Shown here: one piece after another, positions 10,888 through 22,110 of the stretch | Layout: the number at the start of each line of letters is the position of its first letter | How positions within the stretch are numbered: the first letter of the stretch is position 1 | Origin: Neoconidiobolus thromboides FSU 785 | Lineage: Eukaryota > Fungi > Entomophthoromycota | NCBI GenBank assembly: GCA_025603075.1 | Contig: MU626451.1 | Location: 1 to 36,507, forward strand | Length of the DNA stretch: 36,507 nt | Direction: 5' to 3' | Made by a program: the position numbers and the translations under genes | Notes under the pieces: generated by a model | Told to the model about the DNA's origin: nothing | Database searches by the model: none | Seen by the model: the letters and a program-made list of their open reading frames with translations, nothing else

Positions 10888-13020
10888 TTATTTATTGCAA
10901 AAAAAAGAGTGAATCCGCTTAGACAGTATAGGAGTAACTCTACTAGCTAAATCTTTTGAATTATTAACCAACAATAGCTCATTGTTCTTAGTATCGTTTT
11001 GATTATATTCGTTAAGTAAACTAAACTTTATTACTAACTTTATAAAATTGTATAAAACTATTACCTTGCTGGAGTAGGATAACTCTTAATGATAATAAGT
11101 GCCCTTTTTAATGAACATCCTTTAACACTAAGTAACATTTTAATAAAATATGTTTGAATAGTGATTTGCGATGACTTTGAAGTCAATGTATGAAAAGACT
11201 GATAACTTAAGTTTAAATTACTAAGTTTATAGTTTGATTTTTTATCATCAAGTAGTATATTTGTTCCAACCAAGTCTCTACTCTATAAAAACTATATCAA
11301 TATCAATATTATATCATTTAATCATTCAATTACTTCATAACTTGATATGATTTTTTGTGTTAAACTTGCTAAATAATTTAAACTCTCTTCCAAATCTTTG
11401 GTTATTTTTATTATAAAACCCTCTTTAATAATTGTTTTACATATGCTAGTTACAATTTGATTATAAGGTATCGTTACGTTATTGATATCATTAATATTAA
11501 AACCTTCGATTAAATAAATTATCTTCGATAAACCACAAGATTTTAAACGAGACTTAAATAAAAAATAAATATAATACAAAGTAAATGATATAAATATTAC
11601 TTTCTGCTCTTTAAATCTGCCATCTTTTATTGAAGCGAAGAGATCGTCATATCTTTTCCTTTCAACTATAAAATCTAAAACAATTTCTTCTTCTGGCCCA
11701 GAACATCCTGTCTTAGGTTTTGCTACCCATAAAAAATCTCCTAAACTTAAATTCCTTTTTTCTAATTTTACACCTCTTCGATTCAATCCTATTTCAAAAT
11801 AATCTCGATCTTTGACGCTCATTATTTCTCTACTATCCAATAGTAATGTAATATAATAATCTTGTTTTTTTAATTCAAATTCTTTGAATATCTCATTAGT
11901 GATATTGCTTATTATTTTATCTTGATTGCTATTACTATTGACTCCAATCACAGTGTTTTCAACATCTTTTGTTCTACTATTTAATTCAATATCAATTCGT
12001 TCATTATCTCGAGTTTCAACTCTGCTATTTATGGTTTTATCTATGCTATTCATATCATCCCTATCAGTAGTTTCCCTTATTACTGTATTTCTGTTAATTT
12101 CAGATTCAGTATTCATATTATAGTTGATCTCTTTCTCTGCTAAAATTAATCTTTTAGCTAAATCCCATCCTGCTTCAGTTAATGAACAAAAAACAGGTCT
12201 TTGTACAATATAAACTAAATCATGCTTAATTAGCTGCTTTATAGATGACCAACCAGTATAAGCTTGTCCATGTAAAAGTTTATCTAATGGCACATTACAA
12301 TGCTGATTGGCTATTTGAATGATTTGTTGTTTTGAATACTTTTCACTTAAATTACTTTCTCGCTGATGTAGCTTGTATAAAGCTATTAATATTGCATAGC
12401 CCCCAGATCTATAAGTTGGAATATATTCTTTAGATTTAGTTTTTCTATTAGATTCTCTTCCCAGTATTTTTTTAGGTAAGAGCGCCAGTATTCTATTGTC
12501 TTTATCAATCTGGTTACCTTGATTGAATTGTAAAACTGTTAAATAAAAACTAGAAAAATGAGCTAAAAATTACTTTTGGTTTTCTGTTTCTTCTTAATTA
12601 CGGTATCACTTCTTTCTGTAACTTCTCCTTGGTTTTGTTGTTCATTATCATTTACTGTAAAGTCGATAACTTCAGCTAGTTATTATCTTTAGTTGTTATT
12701 GCTTGACTAAAATCAATATACCTTCATTATTTAACTCATCCCTTTCCTTAATTTTGTGCTCTTCCAATTTTCTCGCTAATTTAGCAGCAATATTCGGGCC
12801 TATGCCGTTTAATTGAACTGTTTCTTCAGCATTTAGAACTGTAGGGCAATTCAACAAAGAGTCATAGGCCTAGAAAGTTAATATTTATCGTTATTATTAT
12901 TAAGTAACATACTTTCTGATAAACAAATTTTGATCTTGAGCCATTACATCGTGCTTCAATAAGCCATTCTTCTACAAATTTTAAAAACAATGGGTTACCA
13001 CAGTTAGTTGAGGATGGCAT
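10888..13020 (-). CDS. MUS81: Crossover junction endonuclease MUS81 (ERCC4 nuclease), multi-exon
   Basis: N-terminal HhH domain (MPSSTNCGNPLFLKFVEEW...GIGPNIA), winged-helix (YTGWSSIKQLIKHDLV), nuclease motifs LLLDSRE, LSLGDFLWVAK and IVERKRYDDLFASIKDGRFKEQK, and C-terminal HhH (MLLSVKGCS...YPTPAS). Last exon ends ...KRIHSFFCNK* at 10888. Confidence 0.95.
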
Positions 13021-13423
13021 TTTTATTTTTTGGGTTTTTTTGAATTTTCAATTTAAAGAAAAGAAACAACTGCAAAAGAAGTGTATTTAATTTGCCTTTT
13101 ATTGAAAGTATATAGGGATGTCCAAATTAGTTTCATTTTTTTATCTAATTTTTATAAAATTTATATCTTGAAAACTTTATTTAAAATCCTATAAAAATAA
13201 TTTATTATTAAAAGGCAAAAGTACCCAATATAGTTTTAAATTATTTTATTATAATTTATATTTTAAGTTAGCAGGATTTTACTAAATTTAATAAAAATCC
13301 ATAGATTAGCAAGGCTTTTACAAGTATAACTTATATATCAATATTAGTCAAAACTATAGCATGTAAATAAATTATTTTAATGTTATAATTATATTATTAA
13401 TATATTACTAAATTGATAAATAG

Positions 13424-13762
13424 CTAGATGGGAGGGAGAAGCTGGCCTTAAAACTACAATCAACTACCTTTTGTGAAATTTGGTACTCAGTGATTGGAGT
13501 CAAAAGCAGCTATTGCTTGGTTGACTACACTATAAGTTGAAAGGTCTTAGTTTATGTGGCTAAGATAGGCTTGGATTATGAAGAATAGCACGTAATAGAC
13601 TATAGACTATGTGAAACAAATAGAATAGACAATATTAATGTAAATCTACGTAAAATGCTATTAAGAAAACTTGGTGGCTTTATTAAATGTTCGAGATATC
13701 AGGGAATAATTCAGTTAAAAAGCCTCGAACTACTATACTCTGTAAACTCTTTTATACTCTGA
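13424..13762 (+). pseudogene. Possible decayed coding or transposon relic, unidentified
   Basis: Patch that looks more G+C-rich than its flanks. One frame runs 113 codons with only two internal stops (13538, 13586). No recognisable motif. Confidence 0.2.
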
Positions 13763-14219
13763 AAAGTATAAATATCAGAATGAGAAGATAATATTCTTTA
13801 GGGTGGAGCTAGAAATTTTCATAGCAAATCAAACTAAGAACATGGGATTGATTTTCTCTGAGCTCGAGAACACAACAACTTAAGTGACTGTTATGTTATA
13901 ATCAATCATAGAGCTGACAAAGCGATATTTCACACTATGTATAATCTATTTCAAACTATAATACATATACATTACTAATATTAAAGCAAGATTTATGTAT
14001 AGTTGTCATAAAAAATAAAGACAGTTAAAATCAAATTAAAAGTACATACTAAATCATAGCAAACCAGTATAAATTTATTAAAAGGTAGTTCAGCATTAAA
14101 TATGTTTAATTCTTTAAATAAAGGCTAAGTAAATATTTTAAGCTACAAATAGGTATAAAAATTATTCTAAATGTTGATTTAGTTCTTGTCACATCCATTT
14201 TATCTTTTATTGGCTTTTT

Positions 14220-16046
14220 TTAATGCCTTGCTCTTTTTATACTATTTTGATCCAACTTTGAACTATAAAAATCTTCAATAATTTCGGTTTCTAATTTTGG
14301 GCCACTAGTCAATTCTATTTCATTTTCTTTTGGTAAATTTCTTTTATGTGGAAATAGTAACACATTAATGTTATCTAAGTCAGTAGGGTGAATTTCGTTG
14401 CTTATTTGATATGTGGTATAAGGAAAAGGACGAAGCAATGTAGAAAAAGGATGTGAGACTATTTTTCCTCTTAGGCTTTTATTAATAGTCCAAGGAACAT
14501 ACATATGTGCCAAATTCCTAAATAATCAGATAGCTACTTTACAAAAATAGTCGAATTACCTTCCAATAGTTTCCTTTCTATTTACTATATCCTTAATTTC
14601 TTCACTATCCTTATCAGGTTTATCCTCCTTTTCGCTAATTCGATTCAAGAGTTTTAATTTATTGCTTTTATCTGTAATACTTTCGAAGTAATCATTGTTT
14701 TGAGATCTAGCAGAATCAACGCTTTTACTTTCATCACAAGGATTTATGGAATTATTTTTATTTCTACTATCAAATAAATCTTCTTCTATAGGTTCAATAG
14801 AATTTTGCTCTGAAACATTTTTGTTGGAATTGCTTTCATAGAATTCATTGTATCTAATTTTGTCATTAAACTCGTTGCAATTAACCTTACTATCATAATC
14901 TTTGAAATCAATTCCTTCATTATAATCATCATAATCACTATATTCATTGTATCTTTCATAATCCTTCCTATCATTATGTTCATCCTGGGCTTTAAAACTT
15001 ATGACTTCACTTTCTCTAACTAAATGTGTAATATTGTTTTCACTTTCACTTTCGCTAGAAGGTAAATCATTTTGTGTATGATTAATATCTTGTTCTGAAG
15101 TGCTCTTATCAAGATTGTTTTCATCTTCATTATCGCTAGAGCTTAATTCTATTACCGTTTGACTTTGGACTTCATTATTTTCAATATTTAGCTCCTTGAT
15201 TAACTCTTCATTGCTGAATTCTTCTCCTTCAGTTGATTCATAATCCTCTGAAGTATAGTTTTCTGAATTACAGCTATTAAATTCTTGGTTTTCATCTGAA
15301 TTTTCATATTGGTCACTACGTAAATAATCCTTATTAACATCATCTATATTTGATGAGTTAGCTAATTCAAGCTCGCCCAAGTTTGTAAGTTCATTGCCAC
15401 CTAAAGTTTCAGAATTTGCATCCTTTGACTGCTCCCACATTGTAATATCGGGCCTTTGCATCTCATTTTCTACTTTAGTAGTGAAATCTTTAAGCACAGA
15501 AAGTTGAGCAGTATCATTTATATCACCACACGAACTTTTCTGGTTATTATTCGTATCAGGTTGACCCGGTATCTCTAATGTTTCAAGTATATGGTAGTTT
15601 ACAGTGTTACGTACACTATTATTTTCAAAAAGGTTTGAAAGACCTGTGTTCGTTGACAGCTTAGAACTGGTCACATTTTTTTCAAAATAAAACTCTTCAT
15701 ATTCGCTACTTTTGCTTATATCTTCCTCATTAATTTCTATATTCTCTTTTGTTATATTATTTTCGCTTTCTCCTTCCCCTTTGCTTTTTTCTTTGCTTCC
15801 TTCCACTGTTATCAATTCTATTACTTCTGTCTCCATTACATTGATATCATCTACTTTCCTTATTTCGTTTTCTTCCTCTTTATGGTTTCTTTTTTGATAA
15901 GAATCACCTGAATCGAGAAATTGTCCTTCATCTTTGATTTTTTCCTGGCTAGAATATTGATCCTTGTTTTTAATATGAAAATCAACACTGTTCTCCCTTA
16001 GTTGATTATCATTATTTATTTCATAATCGGTACTTTTGTTGCTCAT
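14220..16046 (-). CDS. Orphan acidic, probably disordered protein A (594 aa) with SIM-like motifs and a basic C-terminus
   Basis: Long exon 16046-14560, a 42-nt phase-2 GT-AG intron (14559-14518) and exon 14517-14220 join in frame (...ETIGR|NLAHMYVPW...). E/D/N/S-rich; contains EVIELITVE and TVIELSSSDNEDE; ends KRARH. Confidence 0.75.
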
Positions 16047-16635
16047 TGAATACCACTGGATATAGTTTAACGAAGGTTGCTTAAAATCTTATAATGTTTC
16101 TACTGATAATAAAGTGACTGATTTTTTTAACAATAAAACCTTAAAAGTGATATCAGTTACTAAGTTATTTAAAAGTTGTTTGTTAAACGTAGCTAAGAAT
16201 TTAAGGAATACTTCAATAAAAACTGCAAAATTTTATAGACAAAGACCAAATAGTGATAATAGGAAAAAAATAGGTTTGGCCTAAAACCCTTTTTTATTAA
16301 TATGAATGCTTTAACATTTTATTTACAATAATTGTAATCTATGTTGAAGCTTCTGTTTTTTCCACGGAGTTTTTTTGTACCTAGCTTTGTAAATAATGGG
16401 GGATACATAGCTTATTACTATAATGCTTTTAGCTGATAATCTGTCCAGATTTTTAAAAAGGAGATATTGAAAAAAAATACATTTCTGTATTTAATATAAT
16501 TTTTTATATTTATTTTGAACTTAATAAAAGTCAGTTTTGATTTTTAACATGTTAAATATTAAACTACTTGCTTTTATTATATCGAAGTAAAATATGTTAA
16601 TCTTTTTTTTAAATATAACTATAATAAGATAAGTA

Positions 16636-16672
16636 TGTCTAAATTGGTTTCAGAATTTATTTAAAAACTAAT
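16636..16672 (+). repeat. About 37-bp dispersed repeat, copy 1, abutting MITE copy A
   Basis: tgtctaaattggtttcagaatttatttaaaaactaat matches 35931-35967 with 5 mismatches. Confidence 0.6.
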
Positions 16673-16765
16673 AGGGATGTATTTTATAAGAATTTTACTA
16701 GCAATCTTTCCACTTGAATAGCACTTAAAAAATGGAAAAGTAATGAAGTCAAAAAACACTCCCAT
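16671..16765 (+). mobile_element. About 100-bp MITE-like element, copy A
   Basis: atagggatgtatttt...aaaaaacactcccat. Imperfect terminal inverted repeats; internal ttaaaaaatggaaaagtaatgaag motif shared with the other copies. Confidence 0.75.
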
Positions 16766-16913
16766 GTCGCAAAACAAAAAAACTTAACCAATCTTAAAAA
16801 AATATTTTTTTGTTCAAAGTATTAATTATTATATTTCTAAATCATTTACTACATTGCCACATACTTGTTTTACCGTAGCTTTATGTAATATAAAATTTTA
16901 GCTACAGTATTAT

Positions 16914-17015
16914 ATGGGAGTGTTTTTTTGGCTTCATTACTTTTTCCATCTTTTAAGCGCTATTTGAATGGAAAAATTGTTAGTAAAATTGTTAAATGCA
17001 AAAATACATCCCCAT
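16914..17015 (-). mobile_element. MITE-like element, copy B (inverted relative to A)
   Basis: Reverse complement reads atggggatgtatttttgcatttaacaattttactaacaatttttcc...aaaaaaacactcccat. Flanked by TA-rich sequence on both sides. Confidence 0.8.
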
Positions 17016-17398
17016 ATATTAATATTAAAAAGCTCTTTACCATTATAAAAATGTATGCAAAAGTAAAAATATTAAGATTAAATACCTAAAGTAGGACAAT
17101 CTTGATAAGTTATTTTCCTTTAGTTTAATATAATCTTGATAGCCTCAGTTAAATGTTAATCTTTATGATGTAAAAAAATTAGAAAGAGCGAGTTGTTTTT
17201 AGAACTTTGTCCATGCTCCATTTAGTTTAGTATGATAGTCTTTCAATAAAAATGTCTCTCGTTCAATAGTTATAAATTGATTGCTTTTATTAAAATTTTA
17301 ACAACCAATTATCTTTAACAAATAAGAGTATGTGACTATAGTAAATTTAAATTTAGAACATAATTCAATTTTATTAAATTAATTTATAAAGGTGATAA

Positions 17399-19007
17399 AT
17401 GAGTAGCAGTGCGAGTGAAAATAGTGTATCGAATGAACCTAGCAAACAATGGGAGTCTGACGATGATTCAAATAAAAATAGGAATTGTGATCATTTTGAT
17501 CAATATGACATTGAAAAAGATGAAAAGCAAGGTAATGAAGAAAATATAGATGGAATAGAAAATACTGCTAGTGACTGTAAAAGATATGTAGTTAAAAACA
17601 AAACAAACGCGCTTGAGTTTTTAGATAATCAAGAGATCACAAGCGTTTTTAAAAATGAAAAAGTTGAATTTGATTTGGTTAATAGCTTGTACAACGCCGA
17701 AAATGAGCATAGCCTTAGATTAGAAGAGTTAATTCATCCTTGTTTTGATCGAAATGCTTATAATAGACTTCATGAAGTATACAAGCATAATGCCCTAGAT
17801 GATTTCAAACAAGATAATATGACGAATGCTATGTCAGAGGGAATCAAACATGAGATTAAAATGTCTAATAATATAATAAAACAAGCAACAAATAGCAAAG
17901 AATCTGAAATTTTGGCGACTAGAAGGAATTCAAACATAAGTGAGTTCGAACTAATTAATCTGTCAAATTCAAATGAAAATAATAGTGACAGTTTAAATTT
18001 TACTAATACTGGAGAATTGGTTCTAGACCAGGAGCCTGAAAGTGATAATAGTAGTAAAAGTGAAAATGAAGTGTTAATACAAGGCATAGAATCTAACTCT
18101 AAAGAATTAATTGAAGAAGCGAAAAATGAGTTTGAAGATTACAAAATGCAACTAATTATTGAAGCAGCTTTAAGCGAACTCAAAAAAGACAACGAAGTTG
18201 ATAAAAAGCTTACAGAGCAAGAGATTATCAGAGGTATAGAGGAAGGCTTATTTGATAGGGAAGCTGGATATAGTGGTTTTAGTGAAGTTCAAGATGAGAG
18301 AGATTCTGAGGAATATATTTCAGGACAAGATGATGTTAATTTTATAGGAAAAGGACCAACTGAAAAGAATGATGGATGTAGTAGATTTTTCAAAACTCAA
18401 GATCGAGATGATGACAAAAGTGATAATGAAAGTGACATTGAATGTGATAATTATTTCAACAACATTATTAATAACTACAATAAGAACAAGACCAAGTTTA
18501 ATAAGATCAATGAAAGGATGAAAAGATTGAATAATAGGACTCTAAAGTATGAAAATAAAATGGTCAAAATAGGATATAATAAGACAGATTATGAAACGTA
18601 ATTTAATTATTTTTATAAATTAAGTAGCTAACGGTCTTAGTTGTTTCACTGGGCAAGAGTACGGAATGCATAGAGACAGGATAATTGACCCAAAAACTGG
18701 TAACTATTGCAACAAAAGACCATTTTGTCAAAGCGTTAACAACAGATTTACATATATTTGTAAAGATGACTCTGAGGCTGATGAAGTTGAGTATAAGCAT
18801 CAACCTAGCTTATCAGCTGTATCTAAAAGGAAATTGGAGATAATGGAAGAATTGGAATTTCCTACCACTTCTGAGGATTGTACTGAAAAAGAGGTTGATG
18901 GCTCGAAAACCGGCGATGATAGTGATGGTAGCATAAATAAACCTAGATATGAAAGGAATGAAAGTAAAAAACATGAAGAATGGATTAGTGGTTCCAAGAG
19001 ATTTTAG
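17399..19007 (+). CDS. Orphan acidic, probably disordered protein B (521 aa)
   Basis: Exon 17399-18597, a 43-nt phase-2 intron (18598-18640, GTAAT...GCTAAC...TTAG) and exon 18641-19007 join in frame (...DYET|CFTGQEYGMHRDR...). E/D/N/S-rich, with basic patches KRKL and SKRF near the C-terminus. Confidence 0.75.
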
Positions 19008-19958
19008 AGAATTATGTACTTATTTATGAGCTGAGATGTTTTTTACTAGTTATTATTTAAGTAATTAAATATGTTTGATTTTAAATTGATTCAATAAACT
19101 TTATATGTTTATACCATACAACTTAGATTTGACTTTATTAATTTTATCCTTTTTGATGGATATAATCATATTTCATAAAGGTACAACTAAGTCGTTATTA
19201 TTATGATTCAAAAATAACTACTGAATATCGTTAAGTTTAAACTGTAACAATATATTACACTTAGTACACTGGGTTTATTATCTACATGAATTAAACATAA
19301 CCTTTATTATTCTCTCAAATAGCTTCTAAGCACTTTTCCTCAACTTTAATTAGCAAAACTTGTCTAAACAACGGATGGTTTTATTACAAAAACATTACAA
19401 ATTTGCTTTTTGGAGATTAGACATTCTTCACATTAGTGTTTGTAAAATATTCACATGGGAGTGTCATTTTCGTATCAATCTTATCCACTTTTAAAGCAAC
19501 GAAAAATTTAACAGTAGTGAAATCGTAAAACGGAAACATGGTTAAGCCACCCTTCCATCGAGACCACTTTGGATTTTTAACATTAGAATTTTTGTCTCTT
19601 ATTATTCTATTTCTACTTTGCTTTAGTTTAGTATGTAATCTATTGAAGAACTTCTGGTTTATACTTACTAGTAAGTTTTATTTATAAAGATTGTCTTTTT
19701 AACATTTATCTTTAACTTTGAAGTACAACAAAATATTCACAAGTTCTATATTGATACCAAACAATCATCTTATTATTAAAATATCATGTAAAAAAACATA
19801 CATTTTTGAGGAAATAGCTTGCAATATATAAAGTACTTTACTAATAAATGAGAGTACAAAAAAGTGGGACTATAAACTCATGACAAAAGTAGTGTAGAAT
19901 AAGGGCTATATATTTTACCAAGCAGTGTAAATTGATAAGAGACTGTTGGAGTTTAGAC

Positions 19959-21305
19959 TCAATGGCGTCCATGTTGGATTCTAATCCCATGTTTACCACC
20001 GCTAGATCCAGGACGAAGGGCATGGAGAAGACGCACAGTATAATCAAAGAGAGCTTCTTTAGCCATAAAAAGGAAAGCAGCGTTGAGAATACTTTGAAGG
20101 AGTTTAGACTGGATTCCTTTGTATAATCCACTTACACCTTCGTTTCTAATGATTTTACGCATGCCATCCCAGACAGATTCATAGCGTAAAGATTCATCAG
20201 TATTGGATTGTCTCAATTGCATACGAGATTTTATTACACTAAAAAAGGTTAATCAACATGAAAATAGAATACCAAATTAACCACTTACATATAAGGATAA
20301 GTAATAAAAGTAGCAATAAGCTTTCCAATGGCACCTAAGAAAAAAAAGTCTAAGCTCCCAAGCTTGCGAAATTTTTCCAAAGCATTCTTAGATTGTTCAA
20401 ATACAGTGTATTGAATAATAGGATTAGAAACTAAAATTAAAGCTGGTGTTACTCCTTGCCAAAGAGCCAATACACCGTCTTCCTCAATGATATTTTTGAA
20501 AGCTTGATAAGAAGATATTTGCTTTTCTTTTTGCTTTGGAGAATCATCAGACTCCTCAATACTCTGTTTACGAGTGGACATACGAGTCTAAATTAACAGC
20601 TTTAGTAAAACTTAACTAACAGATTAATACTAGTTTTACATTAACAACCCAGATTGGATTAGTGATTAATACAGTGGCAGCACCTAAATCTAGTTTAGAT
20701 AATAGTTCGAATAAATGAGTTAATGCTAACCTGCAACAGCACCAGAAACCATAGTTTCAAAAGTAGTAACTGTTTTTCTACGGTTGGCTTTTTCAAATCC
20801 AGCTTTGGTCCATTCATAAAAGTAATAATAGACAGCTAAGTAAACAGCAAATTTAGTCAAAGTTGAAATTTTGAAACTCAAAATTACCATTAGTAAGTGC
20901 AATTCCAAAAAGGGCAGAGTCAAGGCCACTAAATAAATTAGTTAGTTATAATTTGAGTTGTAAATCAGTTACGCATAAAGTCCATTAAGGCCTTCCTCTT
21001 TAAAGATCTTGGCAATTGCATCATAAGTACCCTAAACAACAAATTGATAAGCATTACTACACTATTAGACATCAGTTATGATATTACTTTGTAAGGAGCT
21101 GAGCTACTCGAACGTTGGACTTGAAGTCTTTGACTTACAGTGTTTAGTGGGTAGGTAAGGAATAAAGAGATTATACCACCACCAGCACCTAATTACAAGA
21201 ATAATGGTTAGTTACTTCATTTAATTGAGTTGATTGAGTAATAATGGGTAATAATTAAGCGCTAATGTTATTACCAGATAAAGCATGAACTAAATTTTCA
21301 GACAT
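19959..21305 (-). CDS. PMP47: Peroxisomal adenine-nucleotide/CoA carrier, mitochondrial carrier family (PMP47/PMP34/SLC25A17-like), multi-exon
   Basis: Starts MSENLVHALSG|AGGGIISLFLTYPL. Carrier repeats include TFETMVSGAVAG...NPIWVV, GVLALWQGVTPALILVSNPIIQYTVFEQ, LGAIGKLIATFITYPY and GVSGLYKGIQSKLLQSILNAAFLFMAKE. Confidence 0.88.
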
Positions 21306-21424
21306 AGTTATTGCTAGTTACTAATAAAAAATATTATTATTATTTGAATACTCTTTTTTATTAAAATTGATTTTTATTTAATACTAGAAATACAATAAAA
21401 TATAATAATAAAATAAATCCAAGC

Positions 21425-21432
21425 TGACGTCA
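21425..21432. promoter_or_regulatory. Perfect CRE palindrome TGACGTCA (ATF/CREB-type bZIP site)
   Basis: Exact 8-mer 120 bp upstream of the carrier ATG in otherwise very AT-rich DNA. Function not shown. Confidence 0.4.
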
Positions 21433-22110
21433 CTTATTTGATGTGAAATGGCTTATAATGAAGTCTAAGTTGGTGCTCTATGATGTTATTTAGAGCTATT
21501 GATTGCTAAGATAGAGCCATGGATTAAATGTTGGAAGTTAGCTAAGTAAACAAGTTTATTAAAGTAGGGTAGTCGTAAGCACTAAATATATTGTAATAAA
21601 TCAAATGTATGGTATCTATTTAATCAGACAATGATTGACTTGAATCATATAAAAATAGGGGAGTATTTTATAGCAGTTGAGTAAAGTTTGAACAAGGGAT
21701 GTTATCGTTGATTTTACTATTTGTTTATTTGATCCTTGAATGACGTAGAAATAAATAAGGGATAAAAAATTAGATATTTACCGGTTAGAAAAACGATTAG
21801 AGGGATTTAAAAAAGAATAAAAATAAAGATAAACATCTATTTTATAATTTATAGTTGTTCACTATTGTCTTAAACTATTATATGTTTTATTTTATTTTTA
21901 CATCCGCATCATTGGATTAATGTCAGTCTGTTTTTTAGTGCCATTTCTGTTTCATTAGCAACGTGAAAATTAAAGCAAATTTCTTATCTTCCTAATATAG
22001 TTAGAAAAGTCAATTATGATTATTTATTCTCACCTTAAAAGTTGTTAAATTTGAAAGTAATTTGAAAAAAAATTAAATAAATTGCTGTTGTATAAATATT
22101 TTATAATTTA

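Noticed and set aside
13555-13575. GGCTAAGAT resembling part of U2 snRNA
   Set aside because: The branch-pairing GTGTAGTA and the flanking U2 sequence are absent.
16397-16490. Possible sixth, highly decayed MITE copy
   Set aside because: Only the ends (atgggggatac, aaaaaaatacatt) resemble the consensus. The interior cannot be aligned confidently.
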